Shown here piece after piece: positions 9,991-18,927 of a DNA stretch of 64,000 bases. A program made the position numbers and the translations under genes. Below the pieces are notes generated by a model. That model worked only from the letters and a program-made list of their open reading frames with translations. It was not told the DNA's origin and made no database searches. Position 1 is the stretch's first letter. Each line of letters begins with the position of its first letter. Origin of the DNA: a virus (taxonomy: Duplodnaviria; Heunggongvirae; Uroviricota; Caudoviricetes); IMG/VR virus record IMGVR_UViG_3300029957_000005, positions 64,001 to 128,000 of that record. One strand, 5' to 3'.

Positions 9991-10003
9991 AAGAGATGTA
10001 AAC
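9974..10003 (-). promoter_or_regulatory. early promoter
   Basis: GTTTACA-N17-TAGAGT. Confidence 0.75.
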
Positions 10004-10008
10004 TGGAA

Positions 10009-10647
10009 TTATCGCCAATTTTGAAGAATCATCGGATCTGTCAGCTCGTGAGGCTTTTCCTTCCCGTGGAAGTAGACGATCTTGACTCCGTCCCAACCCT
10101 TGTCCTTGACGTGACACTTGTAGGAAACCACCTGACCAGGGAAGAGATCATCGATGAAGACGTGTGGATAATTTCTCACGTGCTCCATGTCGTTCTCGCC
10201 TTGGTGCTCGGCCGCTATGATCCCCATTCCTTCTGGAACGAGGGCCACTCCGTTGCAGGCTCGAGACGGCCAGAAGGGATCGCGAGGGAGGGCGTATTCT
10301 CCTCCGGCCAGAACGTATTGAGCGAGAAGATCGATGTTCCCTACGACCACCGTGTCGAGCCCTACGAGTATCATAGGACGACTCAGACCATAGGGAAGAA
10401 TACAGTCTCCGTATCCGTTCTTGCCGAGGTTCGGAACGTAGGCCTGCCCGGTGGTGACTGCGTCTTCCTCGAACTTTCGATGACGATCGGTGAAGCAGAT
10501 GAAATCGAATGGAACGTTAAGATTTCTCTTGAACCCTCGATAGAGCTTATCTACCCACTCCTCATTGTACATCTGGGAGAAGTGTTCGGTGGTTTCATTC
10601 GGAGACCAGAGGAGAGTGGCTATCGTAAGCTGCATCAGCTGGCCCAC
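10009..10647 (-). CDS. glycosyltransferase-like protein (GT-A)
   Basis: WVDKLYRGFKRNL...FICFTD, GLDTVVVGNID (DxD-like), KIVYFHGKEKP C-terminal motif. Confidence 0.75.
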   Translation of the reverse strand: MGQLMQLTIATLLWSPNETTEHFSQMYNEEWVDKLYRGFKRNLNVPFDFICFTDRHRKFEEDAVTTGQAYVPNLGKNGYGDCILPYGLSRPMILVGLDTVVVGNIDLLAQYVLAGGEYALPRDPFWPSRACNGVALVPEGMGIIAAEHQGENDMEHVRNYPHVFIDDLFPGQVVSYKCHVKDKGWDGVKIVYFHGKEKPHELTDPMILQNWR

Positions 10648-11141
10648 CTCATTCTGATGTTGCCTTGGAAGGTTCGAGAGATGAGCTTGCCTGATCGAGT
10701 CAGGATGTAGTTCTCCGGAATGTTCTGATGGACCATCGCGTTGGCTGCGACGACTGATCCCTTTCCGATGCGAACTCCAGGCATCACGATTGCGTGGGCT
10801 CCAATGCAGACGTCGTCCTCGATGATGATGGCAAAGGACTTGTTTCCTCTCAAGGCCTCTTCTTCATAGCCGATCTTGTTGGTTGCCGGCCAGACGTCGT
10901 TGACCAGAAGGGAGCCGGGTCCGAAGAAGACTCGGTTGCCGACCTTGAATCCTGCTCCGGCTGCGAACCCAGCTCCAAAGAGACATTCATCTCCGTAGAC
11001 CGATCCATCCAGCATTACGAATGGGGAGACGGAGCAGTTGTCTCCAAGGATTGCTCCTCTGGTGACGGAGGCAAACTGCCAGATCTTAGTTCCGTATCCG
11101 ATCTGGCAGTCTGTGTCGACGTGAGCTTTTGCGTGGATCAT
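10635..11141 (-). CDS. hexapeptide-repeat acetyltransferase (WxcM/FdtC-like)
   Basis: IGYGTKIWQFASV, IEDDVCIGAHAIVMPGVRIGKGSVVAANAMV left-handed beta-helix repeats. Confidence 0.85.
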   Translation of the reverse strand: MIHAKAHVDTDCQIGYGTKIWQFASVTRGAILGDNCSVSPFVMLDGSVYGDECLFGAGFAAGAGFKVGNRVFFGPGSLLVNDVWPATNKIGYEEEALRGNKSFAIIIEDDVCIGAHAIVMPGVRIGKGSVVAANAMVHQNIPENYILTRSGKLISRTFQGNIRMRWAS

Positions 11142-11145
11142 GAGT

Positions 11146-11152
11146 TATTTAT
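11146..11152 (-). promoter_or_regulatory. late promoter, 4 nt before acetyltransferase ATG
   Basis: ATAAATA. Confidence 0.65.
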
Positions 11153-12411
11153 GCGGCGATCTGGTACGGAGTTGCGTCCTGGAATTCTCTCGGAAGGAGA
11201 GGAATCTGGGCGAGACGGTTGTTGGTCTCCCAGTCCTTGACACTCTTGGTCTTGTTGCTCAGACCGATGGTGATCCAGTGCTGGGCGACGTTGATCAAAG
11301 CAGTCACATCTCGAATGCCGGCAGCAAGCTGGTCGGCGACCTTGAAGTAAACCGATGCATACTCCTTCCGATCCTTGTGAGCGAAGACCCATTCAGCATA
11401 GCTCTTACGAACCGCTCGAGTGTCGCTGAGATCGAAGACGTCGAACCCACGGACGGGTCCATCCACGATCAGATCGTCGAAGTTGTCTTCGATGTCCTTG
11501 ATGATGTCTTCGGCATCTCCGGCAGTGAACCATTCGAATTGCTTCACAGCAACCTTGAGCTTGTCCTTGACTTCCGGAGCGGCATTCGAATAGATGTCGT
11601 CCCAGTTCTCCGAGAGGCGAGCGATCACGAAGTGGCGATCCGACTTCATGATGTCGATATAGCGATGCAGACGGACGTAGGCGTCGGCCTTGATCTTGAC
11701 TCGGTGTCCATTGACCAGAGTCACAACCACACCCTCCTGACCTTCCCAGGCACGGATCTCCTCGATCGAGGTTCCATCCCAGACCTTTGGAAGAGGAATA
11801 CCTTCGTAGCCTTGCAGGTTCTTCTCGAGGTGAGTAGCATATTCACCGATGAAGCGATTGCGAATGGCCAAGAGGACCAGACGAGGCTTCTGGTAGTTGA
11901 TCACGATCTTGTTGTCCGGCGACACGAATTCGAAGATCGGAGTGAAGCCGAACTTGACCATGTCGTGGATGAAGTCCTGATAGACTGCATTGGCCGCGAT
12001 GAAGCGCTCGGCCTTGAGGCTGACGTCGGTGATTCCAGCCCGAGTGGCGAGACGCGGACCCTGAGGCAGATCGAGAGCATGGATCATCGATCCGTCCAGC
12101 TTCTCGGCGACCTGGGCTCCGATGTAGTTCATCACATCGATGTCGGTCTCGTCCCGCTCTCCAAGATTGAAGAACTTGTGGAAAGGACGCGAGATGATCT
12201 TCCCGGTGCTCTTGAGGAAGGCGATGCCGCGCGCTTCACGAATGAAGGCGTCCTCGTAGTTCTCGACCGGAGGGAAATTGTTCGGGTTCAGGCTCGAGTA
12301 GTTGAACGTCACATAGTCGCCCTTGTCCGTCTTGTAGTAGGCGGCCGGGTTCTTGGCGATGATCGGCTCGAACTGGTCGATGTGCTCGATGACTGGGAAT
12401 TCGTAGTTCAC
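11149..12411 (-). CDS. rnlA: RNA ligase 1 (T4 Rnl1 family)
   Basis: REARGIAF...SRPFHKFFN, EKLDGS (motif I), FEFVSPDNKIV, QEGVV, RVKIK. Confidence 0.9.
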   Translation of the reverse strand: MNYEFPVIEHIDQFEPIIAKNPAAYYKTDKGDYVTFNYSSLNPNNFPPVENYEDAFIREARGIAFLKSTGKIISRPFHKFFNLGERDETDIDVMNYIGAQVAEKLDGSMIHALDLPQGPRLATRAGITDVSLKAERFIAANAVYQDFIHDMVKFGFTPIFEFVSPDNKIVINYQKPRLVLLAIRNRFIGEYATHLEKNLQGYEGIPLPKVWDGTSIEEIRAWEGQEGVVVTLVNGHRVKIKADAYVRLHRYIDIMKSDRHFVIARLSENWDDIYSNAAPEVKDKLKVAVKQFEWFTAGDAEDIIKDIEDNFDDLIVDGPVRGFDVFDLSDTRAVRKSYAEWVFAHKDRKEYASVYFKVADQLAAGIRDVTALINVAQHWITIGLSNKTKSVKDWETNNRLAQIPLLPREFQDATPYQIAA

Positions 12412-12638
12412 TTCTTGACCCTCGTTTTCTTCGGCTTCAGCTCCTTGAGCTTCGGCTGGATGTAGTTCTCGTCCACGATCTTGAGGACCGCTCCGAGCTT
12501 TGCTTCTCGGTTGACGAAGTGATTGACTGATCCGATGGAGTGGAAAGCGCCTTGAAATGGAAGGTCACGATCTCCGACGCGGAGAGTTCCTTCGACCAGG
12601 ATCATCGTGTCCCGATCGGGAATGCACTTAGAGACCAT
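12408..12638 (-). CDS. hypothetical protein
   Basis: 76 aa, overlap-coupled to neighbours. Confidence 0.5.
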   Translation of the reverse strand: MVSKCIPDRDTMILVEGTLRVGDRDLPFQGAFHSIGSVNHFVNREAKLGAVLKIVDENYIQPKLKELKPKKTRVKK

Positions 12639-12918
12639 CTGTTTCCTTCAGCGAGCTTTGCGGGCGAGATTGGCGGGCGAGATTGGCGATATCAGAGATC
12701 CGCTTGTTGAGACCTTTGAGCTGGAGTCCACGCTGACCGTTCGTCTTCAGACGGAAGGCAACTGCACCGTAGGTGATCTTCTTTCCACCGTTGGCGACGT
12801 TGTATTCGCTGTTCTGATAGGTCAGGAAATCGACTTCGTAGGTGAAACCATTGTCCACGACCTGGACCGTTTCGGTTTCGATGATCTTGATTTCCTTGGA
12901 AAGCATGGGTATCTCCAT
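12628..12918 (-). CDS. hypothetical protein
   Basis: 96 aa, first gene after early promoter 12930-12959. Confidence 0.6.
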   Translation of the reverse strand: MEIPMLSKEIKIIETETVQVVDNGFTYEVDFLTYQNSEYNVANGGKKITYGAVAFRLKTNGQRGLQLKGLNKRISDIANLARQSRPQSSLKETDGL

Positions 12919-12929
12919 TTGTTAGAGAT

Positions 12930-12959
12930 ACTCTATCATCGTCCGGAAGGTTTGTAAAC
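12930..12959 (-). promoter_or_regulatory. early promoter
   Basis: GTTTACA-N17-TAGAGT. Confidence 0.8.
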
Positions 12960-12973
12960 AGCGATTCGACGGA

Positions 12974-13414
12974 TTATCCGAGAAGATACGAAACGATGAG
13001 AACTGCTCCGATCACTCCGATTCCGAGCCAGATCTTCCAGGTCTTCGGTTCCATAATCTCCACGATGTGATCGAAGTTGTTGGCCTCGGTGATGGCAATG
13101 AACTCCTCTTCGTCCAGGTCCAGGTAGCCGATGATCGGATAGTGGTCGTCGGCCTTTCCGTGGATCTTGACGAGGAGGTCCTCTTCGAGGCGGCTGGTCG
13201 TGGTCGCATCCGGAAGGACGGACTTCGAGAACTGGGCCAGGGCATCGCAGAATCCATTTCTAGGAATTCGCGTTCCCTGGCCCGCCTTGCTCTTGAAGAA
13301 AGCGAGCATGTCTTCCTTGGAGTAGAGAGGCAAGATCTTCTTGGCTACATCAACGGTTTCCATCAAAAGTCGCCCGGGGCACATTGAAAACACGGGATGC
13401 CGTTCTCCCTCCAC
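12974..13414 (-). CDS. hypothetical membrane-anchored protein
   Basis: C-terminal TM segment IWLGIGVIGAVLIVSYLLG; start probably internal (METVDV). Confidence 0.55.
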   Translation of the reverse strand: MEGERHPVFSMCPGRLLMETVDVAKKILPLYSKEDMLAFFKSKAGQGTRIPRNGFCDALAQFSKSVLPDATTTSRLEEDLLVKIHGKADDHYPIIGYLDLDEEEFIAITEANNFDHIVEIMEPKTWKIWLGIGVIGAVLIVSYLLG

Positions 13415-13821
13415 ATCTTCACGACCTGGTCTCGATCGTCCACGGCGAAGACCGGATTGTAGCCTTCGGCCAGGATCTCGTCCAGGATTTCCTTCTTGAC
13501 GATGTCGTCCGAACGACGATCCTTGGCCTTGCGCATCCGCAGATCCGGGTGGGTGACCTGGTACTCAGAGAACAGGCATCCGAGGGTCTGCGGCAGGAAC
13601 TCGTCCGAACGACCGGAGCAGTAGATGATCTTGTATCCGAACATGTAGATCATGTCGTGGAGCAGCTTGACGTGGGGCAGAGCCTTGTCCAGGACGCAGG
13701 CTGCGTTGAATGCATCCCAGTTCTTGGGCTCCACCTGGACGTAGCGACGACGATGCTCCACATCGAACAAGGTTCCGTCCAGATCGAACAGGACGCAGTT
13801 GACTGGATATTTCTCGGTCAT
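13363..13821 (-). CDS. HAD-family polynucleotide 3'-phosphatase (C-terminal half of T4 PNKP)
   Basis: FDLDGTL (DxDxT), YCSGR, MRKAKDRRSDDIVKKE, AVDDRDQVVKMWRENGIPCFQ. Confidence 0.9.
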   Translation of the reverse strand: MTEKYPVNCVLFDLDGTLFDVEHRRRYVQVEPKNWDAFNAACVLDKALPHVKLLHDMIYMFGYKIIYCSGRSDEFLPQTLGCLFSEYQVTHPDLRMRKAKDRRSDDIVKKEILDEILAEGYNPVFAVDDRDQVVKMWRENGIPCFQCAPGDF

Positions 13822-14387
13822 GATGCGAATTTCTCCGTGAAGGCTTTCTCGAGAAGGACCTTGGACTCCGAGTATTTGAGGTTCGGACGACCTGGAACCT
13901 TGGCTCTCCAGAAGAGCGAATTGTCTGCATTGTCGCAGAGTTTGACGATGATCGAAAAGATGTCACCGATCGAAATCAGGACCATGATCTTCTCGACGTA
14001 GGTTTCGGCGAGACGGAAGCGAGTCATCTCCTCTTCCGTCAGAAACTTGTCGACATCCGAAGGCCATTCGGAAGGCTTGCAGAGGAGCATCAAGGATCGA
14101 AGCATCGCATGATCGTACTCGAGCTCCTTGGCGACCAAAGGAAGGGAACCAGGAACGTCCTCGATCACATCGTGGTAGAGACCTATGATGAATGCACGAT
14201 CGGCTGCGTCAGGGTTCTCTTCGAGGAACGGATGAAGCATCTTCTGCTGGACGGAGAGAACCACTCCCTCCGCTTCCAGGGCGACGCGATACGGATGCAA
14301 CCAATATGGGGCTTTCAGAGTATCGAACTGTCCCTCGTGATGGTCTTGGATCTGAGAGATGAATCGATTTCTGTCCTTGGGCTGCAT
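13818..14387 (-). CDS. HD-domain hydrolase, RelA/SpoT/Mesh1-like
   Basis: PYWLHPYRVA, GLYHDVIED, IVKLCDNADN match the RSH hydrolase motif order. Confidence 0.7.
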   Translation of the reverse strand: MQPKDRNRFISQIQDHHEGQFDTLKAPYWLHPYRVALEAEGVVLSVQQKMLHPFLEENPDAADRAFIIGLYHDVIEDVPGSLPLVAKELEYDHAMLRSLMLLCKPSEWPSDVDKFLTEEEMTRFRLAETYVEKIMVLISIGDIFSIIVKLCDNADNSLFWRAKVPGRPNLKYSESKVLLEKAFTEKFAS

Positions 14388-14401
14388 CCGGTATTCCTTT
14401 G

Positions 14402-14578
14402 CTATCGGAGGACGGCGAAGTGGAACCCGATCAGGTAACCACCAAGCATTCGTCTCTCGGAGAAGTGGTAGATGGACTCGTCTCCGAATTCCTTGGAAAT
14501 GGAGTCCATCTGCTGGTACGACGTCTGTTTTTCGATGTCATACGGACGGTAGATTTCGATGTACCGCTTGATCTTCAA
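14402..14578 (-). CDS. small hypothetical protein
   Basis: 3' part of track ORF 14402..14695; probable TTG start after GAGGA, start approximate. Confidence 0.4.
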   Translation of the reverse strand: MKIKRYIEIYRPYDIEKQTSYQQMDSISKEFGDESIYHFSERRMLGGYLIGFHFAVLR

Positions 14579-14582
14579 GGTC

Positions 14583-15014
14583 TTATTCCTCGTTGAACCA
14601 CTTCTTGACTTCGTTCCAGTTCTTGAAGGTCTTGGCGTCCCAGTTCCCTTCCCAGGCGACCTGGGGCTTGTTGTGGGACTCGATCGGACGGGCATGACCG
14701 CAGGAAGGGGTGATCCAGTAGAGAACGTTGCTGGTCTCCATGTCGCAGATCGAGAAGGAGTCGTAGAGACGACCGTTCATCGGGCAGTTGTTCTTGAAGA
14801 ACACATACATCGTGTCCTGGTTGATCATGCGGGAGTCGACGATCGACTTCAGACGCTTGACCAGGAGCTGGGTCTTGGCTGCAAGGGAGGTGTCCTTGCA
14901 GAACCAGTCATACCAACCAGCATCGATCTGGGTGTTCCGGTCGTTGCGATTGAACTCACCGGCATCAAAGCGACGGATCAGTTCGCGGATCGAGATGTTG
15001 GTCATGTCAGTTCT
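14583..15014 (-). CDS. hypothetical protein
   Basis: ORF 14583..15041; start near MTNISIRE downstream of promoter 15032-15060; GWYDWFC and NNCPMNGRLYDSFSIC motifs. Confidence 0.65.
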   Translation of the reverse strand, partial: RTDMTNISIRELIRRFDAGEFNRNDRNTQIDAGWYDWFCKDTSLAAKTQLLVKRLKSIVDSRMINQDTMYVFFKNNCPMNGRLYDSFSICDMETSNVLYWITPSCGHARPIESHNKPQVAWEGNWDAKTFKNWNEVKKWFNEE

Positions 15015-15031
15015 CTCCAGTTGATAGAAGT

Positions 15032-15060
15032 ACTCTATCACATCTGGAAAGAATGTAAAC
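15032..15060 (-). promoter_or_regulatory. early promoter
   Basis: GTTTACA-N16-TAGAGT. Confidence 0.8.
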
Positions 15061-15224
15061 TAGCCATTTAGCTGTTTTTTGCCGGTTTCCGCTTTTTTCC
15101 GCTGAAGGATCAATTTGTGATCCGCGGTACCGACCAGCTGCCATCCGAGATCCGAGTAGTAGGTCAGGGTTTCCTCGATTTGCTCCGGAAGGCTGTGCCA
15201 GATGCTGAGTACCTTGAATTCCAT
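15060..15224 (-). CDS. small hypothetical protein (54 aa)
   Basis: Hand-translated MEFKVLSIWH...YYSDLGWQLVG...KKQLNG*; below track cutoff. Confidence 0.5.
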   Translation of the reverse strand: MEFKVLSIWHSLPEQIEETLTYYSDLGWQLVGTADHKLILQRKKAETGKKQLNG

Positions 15225-15225
15225 G

Positions 15226-15420
15226 TCAGAAGATCCTCCAGTTGAGAAAGTCGACCTTGAGGGCCCAGTCCATGGCTTTTGCCATGAGCCAGAACGGAGC
15301 GAAGATGACCTTGAGGATCGAGAAGGTGGCGTTCTGGACCGTGTAGGTCTTGCGTCTGGATATCATCACCAGCTCATGAAAGCCGGCGATCAGGGAGCAG
15401 AGGAGCCAGAGACCGGTCAT
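15226..15420 (-). CDS. small membrane protein
   Basis: Start MTGLWLLCSL (ATG 15420); two hydrophobic segments. Confidence 0.6.
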   Translation of the reverse strand: MTGLWLLCSLIAGFHELVMISRRKTYTVQNATFSILKVIFAPFWLMAKAMDWALKVDFLNWRIF

Positions 15421-15641
15421 GTTTTCTTCCTCTGAATGATCTTGATCCTCCAGCCGATCTTGCTTCCCCAGTAGATGATGCCGAGAAGAATTCCGATCGG
15501 ACCGGCGATCCAGAGAAGGCAGCCTTGGACGAGGTCCTCGGCATCGACCACATCGGTGAGCTTGTAGCGAGTTCCGATGTAGAGCCAAAGACCGATCAGA
15601 CCGGAGACGGCCCAGCCGAGTAAGAAAATGAAGGCGGTCAT
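15417..15641 (-). CDS. small membrane protein
   Basis: 74 aa, two TM segments, ATGA-coupled. Confidence 0.65.
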   Translation of the reverse strand: MTAFIFLLGWAVSGLIGLWLYIGTRYKLTDVVDAEDLVQGCLLWIAGPIGILLGIIYWGSKIGWRIKIIQRKKT

Positions 15642-15910
15642 TCTGTTTCCTTTTCAGGTCCGCGAAGTTGGTATTCGAGATCTTTCTTAAAGACCGGGGT
15701 GTCCCAGTGATAGCTCAGCCACCAGTAGAGGAGTGCACCCCAGGCGATTGGTCCGAACAGGGAGCCGAACACCGTGGTGGCGATGTTGCCGACGTAGATG
15801 GTCTTCTTGTTGGTCATCATGATGTGGATGTTGAAGACCAAGAAGAGGAGGGACGAGAGGAGCCAGAACAGAGTCAGATAGCCGGGCAACATGCTGCTCC
15901 CTTGTTCCAT
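15638..15910 (-). CDS. small membrane protein
   Basis: 90 aa, two TM segments. Confidence 0.6.
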   Translation of the reverse strand: MEQGSSMLPGYLTLFWLLSSLLFLVFNIHIMMTNKKTIYVGNIATTVFGSLFGPIAWGALLYWWLSYHWDTPVFKKDLEYQLRGPEKETE

Positions 15911-16422
15911 TCCTTGAGTGAGATGATGTAGGTGAATCCTTCATCCATGGTCGGAGGTTCGTAGGTCTCCAGCATGTTCTTGAGGACGTAGCCCGGGATC
16001 TGCTTTCCGGCTCTGCTGGCGAGTCGACGCTTCCACTCGCCCGGATCGTCCACGGCGATGGCGTTCAGATCCACTCCGTAGATCTCGTAGCGATACTGAC
16101 GAGCGAGTTGGATGAACCTGGACCTGGAATTCTTGGTCAGGTTCGTTCGATCGATCATCAGAGGAACAGTACCATTAACGAGATGGTAATCAAGCTGGCG
16201 ATTAAACTCAGCAGTTGCAGATTTGATGGTCTCCTTGAAGATCGCGTCGTAGGTCGTACCATTTTCCGTGGCCTCCTTCTCGATGTAGTCATCGGACGAC
16301 AGGACGGTATAGTCCTTGAATCGGTCCTGCTTCCGGAAGGTGGTCTTTCCGGTTCCCGGGAGACCGATCAGTAGGTAAATATGCTTGACCATGTTAGATC
16401 CATTTCGATTTGGCGAAGTCAA
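15874..16422 (-). CDS. P-loop polynucleotide 5'-kinase (AAA_33-like; N-terminal half of PNKP)
   Basis: LLIGLPGTGKTT Walker A, LSSDD, IDRTNLTKNSR, YEPPTMDEGF. Confidence 0.8.
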   Translation of the reverse strand: MTSPNRNGSNMVKHIYLLIGLPGTGKTTFRKQDRFKDYTVLSSDDYIEKEATENGTTYDAIFKETIKSATAEFNRQLDYHLVNGTVPLMIDRTNLTKNSRSRFIQLARQYRYEIYGVDLNAIAVDDPGEWKRRLASRAGKQIPGYVLKNMLETYEPPTMDEGFTYIISLKEWNKGAACCPAI

Positions 16423-16777
16423 CGAAGTCCTTGCGGGTGGAGTCTGCGAGCTTGCAGGCTTCCTTTTCTTTCATCGAGGGTCGAAACTCCTCGTAGACCT
16501 GAACCCAGATCATGTTCGAGATCTGGTAGAGGTAGGCGTTCAGCCAGTGGTGGTAGAAGACGCCCTGCTCGTAGTCCACGTCGATCATCTTGAGGGTATG
16601 TTCAAAGACCCACCAGTGTCGAGCTTCGAACTTCGGCTTGGTGTGAGTCTTGAGATTCCGATCCAACCAGATCAAGGTCTCGGTGAGAACGTCCAAGCTC
16701 GTGTTCTTCTCGATCTTGGTCACCGAGAAGTAGTCACGATCGAACTTGAAGTCCTTGGCGTAATAGTATTCCATCAC
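16394..16777 (-). CDS. hypothetical protein
   Basis: 127 aa, co-oriented. Confidence 0.6.
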   Translation of the reverse strand: MMEYYYAKDFKFDRDYFSVTKIEKNTSLDVLTETLIWLDRNLKTHTKPKFEARHWWVFEHTLKMIDVDYEQGVFYHHWLNAYLYQISNMIWVQVYEEFRPSMKEKEACKLADSTRKDFVDFAKSKWI

Positions 16778-17031
16778 TTGTCCAGTTCGGTCTGGGCGAG
16801 GTCTTTGGCGAGACGGAATTTGTAGTCCGAGTCCCCGGCCATGACCTCGGTGATTTCGGTGAGGGTCTTGTGCATCGAGACTGCACGATCGGCAATCGCT
16901 GCCATCCGCATCAGCTCGACCTTGGCTTCGAGCTTTCCTTTTTCGGATCCGTCCTCGATCACTGCAAGGAGAATGCGAGCTGTGGCTTCCCAGGTCAAGT
17001 CGAAGTTCAGAAAACCGGTTGTCGTGCTCAT
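16774..17031 (-). CDS. hypothetical protein
   Basis: Probable start MSTTTGFLNFD within ORF 16774..17157, start approximate. Confidence 0.5.
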   Translation of the reverse strand: MSTTTGFLNFDLTWEATARILLAVIEDGSEKGKLEAKVELMRMAAIADRAVSMHKTLTEITEVMAGDSDYKFRLAKDLAQTELDK

Positions 17032-17235
17032 GATCTTCTCCTCAGAGTTCGTAGCTGGCTGCGTCGACCGCTTGATAGTCGAACCATTCACCTTCGGCAT
17101 AGACGTAGTAGACTTCTTCGTCGAAGGCTTCGATCTGGACTTCACGACCTGTGGCAATGACTACCACATTCTCACCCATACCGAGTTTCTGGAAGCGTTC
17201 GAAAGTCATCTCGTTTCTCCGATTTTGATGAAAGC

Positions 17236-17264
17236 ATCATATCACAGAGAAACGAGATGTAAAC
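17236..17264 (-). promoter_or_regulatory. early promoter
   Basis: GTTTACA-N16-TATGAT. Confidence 0.7.
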
Positions 17265-17265
17265 A

Positions 17266-17508
17266 TCAATCGAACGAAATCACGAAATATTTTCCGAAAT
17301 CGGCCGGATCATGAAGATCGTAGCCGAAGCAGGCTTCTTGGATCTCTTCGGAGTCGATAGTCATGAGATCCATGTTCGCATGACGTCCGAAGTGGGCAAC
17401 GACCTGCTCTCGGATTTCTTCGAAGGTGATTCCACCGGAGGAGTGGCGAATGTAGAGAGTAGTCTCCGAACTCTCCGGATACCGACGAGTCAGAGCGTTG
17501 TCGTGCAT
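17266..17508 (-). CDS. hypothetical protein
   Basis: Probable start MHDNAL coupled to ligase stop (ORF 17266..17604), start approximate. Confidence 0.5.
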   Translation of the reverse strand: MHDNALTRRYPESSETTLYIRHSSGGITFEEIREQVVAHFGRHANMDLMTIDSEEIQEACFGYDLHDPADFGKYFVISFD

Positions 17509-18677
17509 CAGTTGTCTCGCTTTCCGTCGTGGAAGACCTTGACTCGACCAAACCGGAGCTTCCCGTCCTCGGTGTAGCCTTGGAAGACCACGGTGACTTC
17601 GCACTTGCCTTCGTAGTCGGCACGGTTCTCGTAGATGACTCGATTGCGGAGCATCGAACCAGTGACGGAGGCATCCGAGGTCTTTCCATCAGGGAGCTGA
17701 ACAGTCACCGACTTTGCGGCTCCCTTCCAGTTTCCGAGACCGTCGCGGATTTCGAGGAGAGGGAACTCGGCGTCCATGAAGTCCTTGACCTTGATCAGGG
17801 AGGTGGTCCGCTTGTGTTCGTAGATCGAGCTCGGGTCTCGGATCATGACTCCTTCATAACCCTTCTCGAATTCCTCGTCGTGGACCTTCTTGATCAGTTC
17901 GGCGGTGGCGCCGACCGCTGAGGTGTAGACGAGCTGGATGACGTCTCCGAAGTATCCACCGAACTCACCGAAGAGCTGCTGGAGGAAGGCGACTCGTTCA
18001 CGGAAGGTGGCGGAAGGACGATCGTGGAGGATGACGTCATAGACGTGATACTGAACCTTGTCCCGGATCTCCTGTCGATCCTCCTCGGTCAGCTTCTCGA
18101 TCTTCTTGGTGTTGATCAGGGAGGACAGCTTCTCGAAGTCAGACTTGAGCTCGTGATTGTAGAGCTCACCGTCCAGGGTGATGTTGTACATGTCGAAGAC
18201 TCCGGTGAGCTTCTCCATGATGTGGTCCACCGTCATGAACGGCTTTCCGGAGCGCGAGTGACCACCATCCTCGGATGCGAGGAAGCGATTGCCGTCCAGC
18301 TTCGGCTGATAGGCAAAGTAGTCGGTCGGCTGCTTCTTCTTGAGGTGCTTGACCGAGTCGTAGGTTGCGGCCAGCATCGGAGCAAGGAAGTTGCTCTTCT
18401 TGGCGCCGTCGGCGGTCTCCGAATACTTCCGGCTCAGACGATCGCGATAGACCGACTGGATCTCGAGGTCGGCCTGGGCTTCTGGGGTGGTCTCATTGGA
18501 ACGACCGATATTCTTGGCTTCGGCGTCCCTCCAGTCCGAGGTGACCTTTGCTCCATCCACGAGACCGGAGACAGTTCGGTACTTTCCACCGTTCCTCTCT
18601 GCGTACCAGACACGAAGGTTGTCGTTCTGATCGATGTGATAGAGGTTTGGATAGACTTGATTGATCTGGAGTTGCAT
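17508..18677 (-). CDS. lig: ATP-dependent DNA ligase
   Basis: QPKLDGNR (KxDG), LDGELY, YHVYD, YEGVMIR, LIKVKDFMDAEF; start MQLQINQ (ATG 18677). Confidence 0.92.
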   Translation of the reverse strand: MQLQINQVYPNLYHIDQNDNLRVWYAERNGGKYRTVSGLVDGAKVTSDWRDAEAKNIGRSNETTPEAQADLEIQSVYRDRLSRKYSETADGAKKSNFLAPMLAATYDSVKHLKKKQPTDYFAYQPKLDGNRFLASEDGGHSRSGKPFMTVDHIMEKLTGVFDMYNITLDGELYNHELKSDFEKLSSLINTKKIEKLTEEDRQEIRDKVQYHVYDVILHDRPSATFRERVAFLQQLFGEFGGYFGDVIQLVYTSAVGATAELIKKVHDEEFEKGYEGVMIRDPSSIYEHKRTTSLIKVKDFMDAEFPLLEIRDGLGNWKGAAKSVTVQLPDGKTSDASVTGSMLRNRVIYENRADYEGKCEVTVVFQGYTEDGKLRFGRVKVFHDGKRDN

Positions 18678-18691
18678 GTGGTTCCTTGGGG

Positions 18692-18916
18692 TTAGAGATA
18701 ATCGTGGTTGAAGATCCACATCTCGACTCCGGTCTCCCGTTCGATCTTGGTGGCTTCAATGCGGGCTGCGGTCGAGCTGACGAAACCGTACTCGGCTGCT
18801 TTGGGGAACTTGGCTCGGACGATCTTGCGATCCTCTCGGGCCTTCTTGGAGTTGGTGGCTGAAGCTACGTCGTAGCCCCAATAACGGCATCCTTTGAATT
18901 CTTCACCGACTTTCAT
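18692..18916 (-). CDS. hypothetical protein
   Basis: 74 aa. Confidence 0.55.
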   Translation of the reverse strand: MKVGEEFKGCRYWGYDVASATNSKKAREDRKIVRAKFPKAAEYGFVSSTAARIEATKIERETGVEMWIFNHDYL

Positions 18917-18927
18917 CGAAGGTCTCC

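Noticed and set aside
11140-12465. 441-aa plus-strand ORF, and similar long antisense ORFs (38630-39931, 44511-45317, 55913-56638, 57836-58612, 58941-59654)
   Set aside because: Antisense shadows of well-supported genes, produced by codon bias; no motifs or SD
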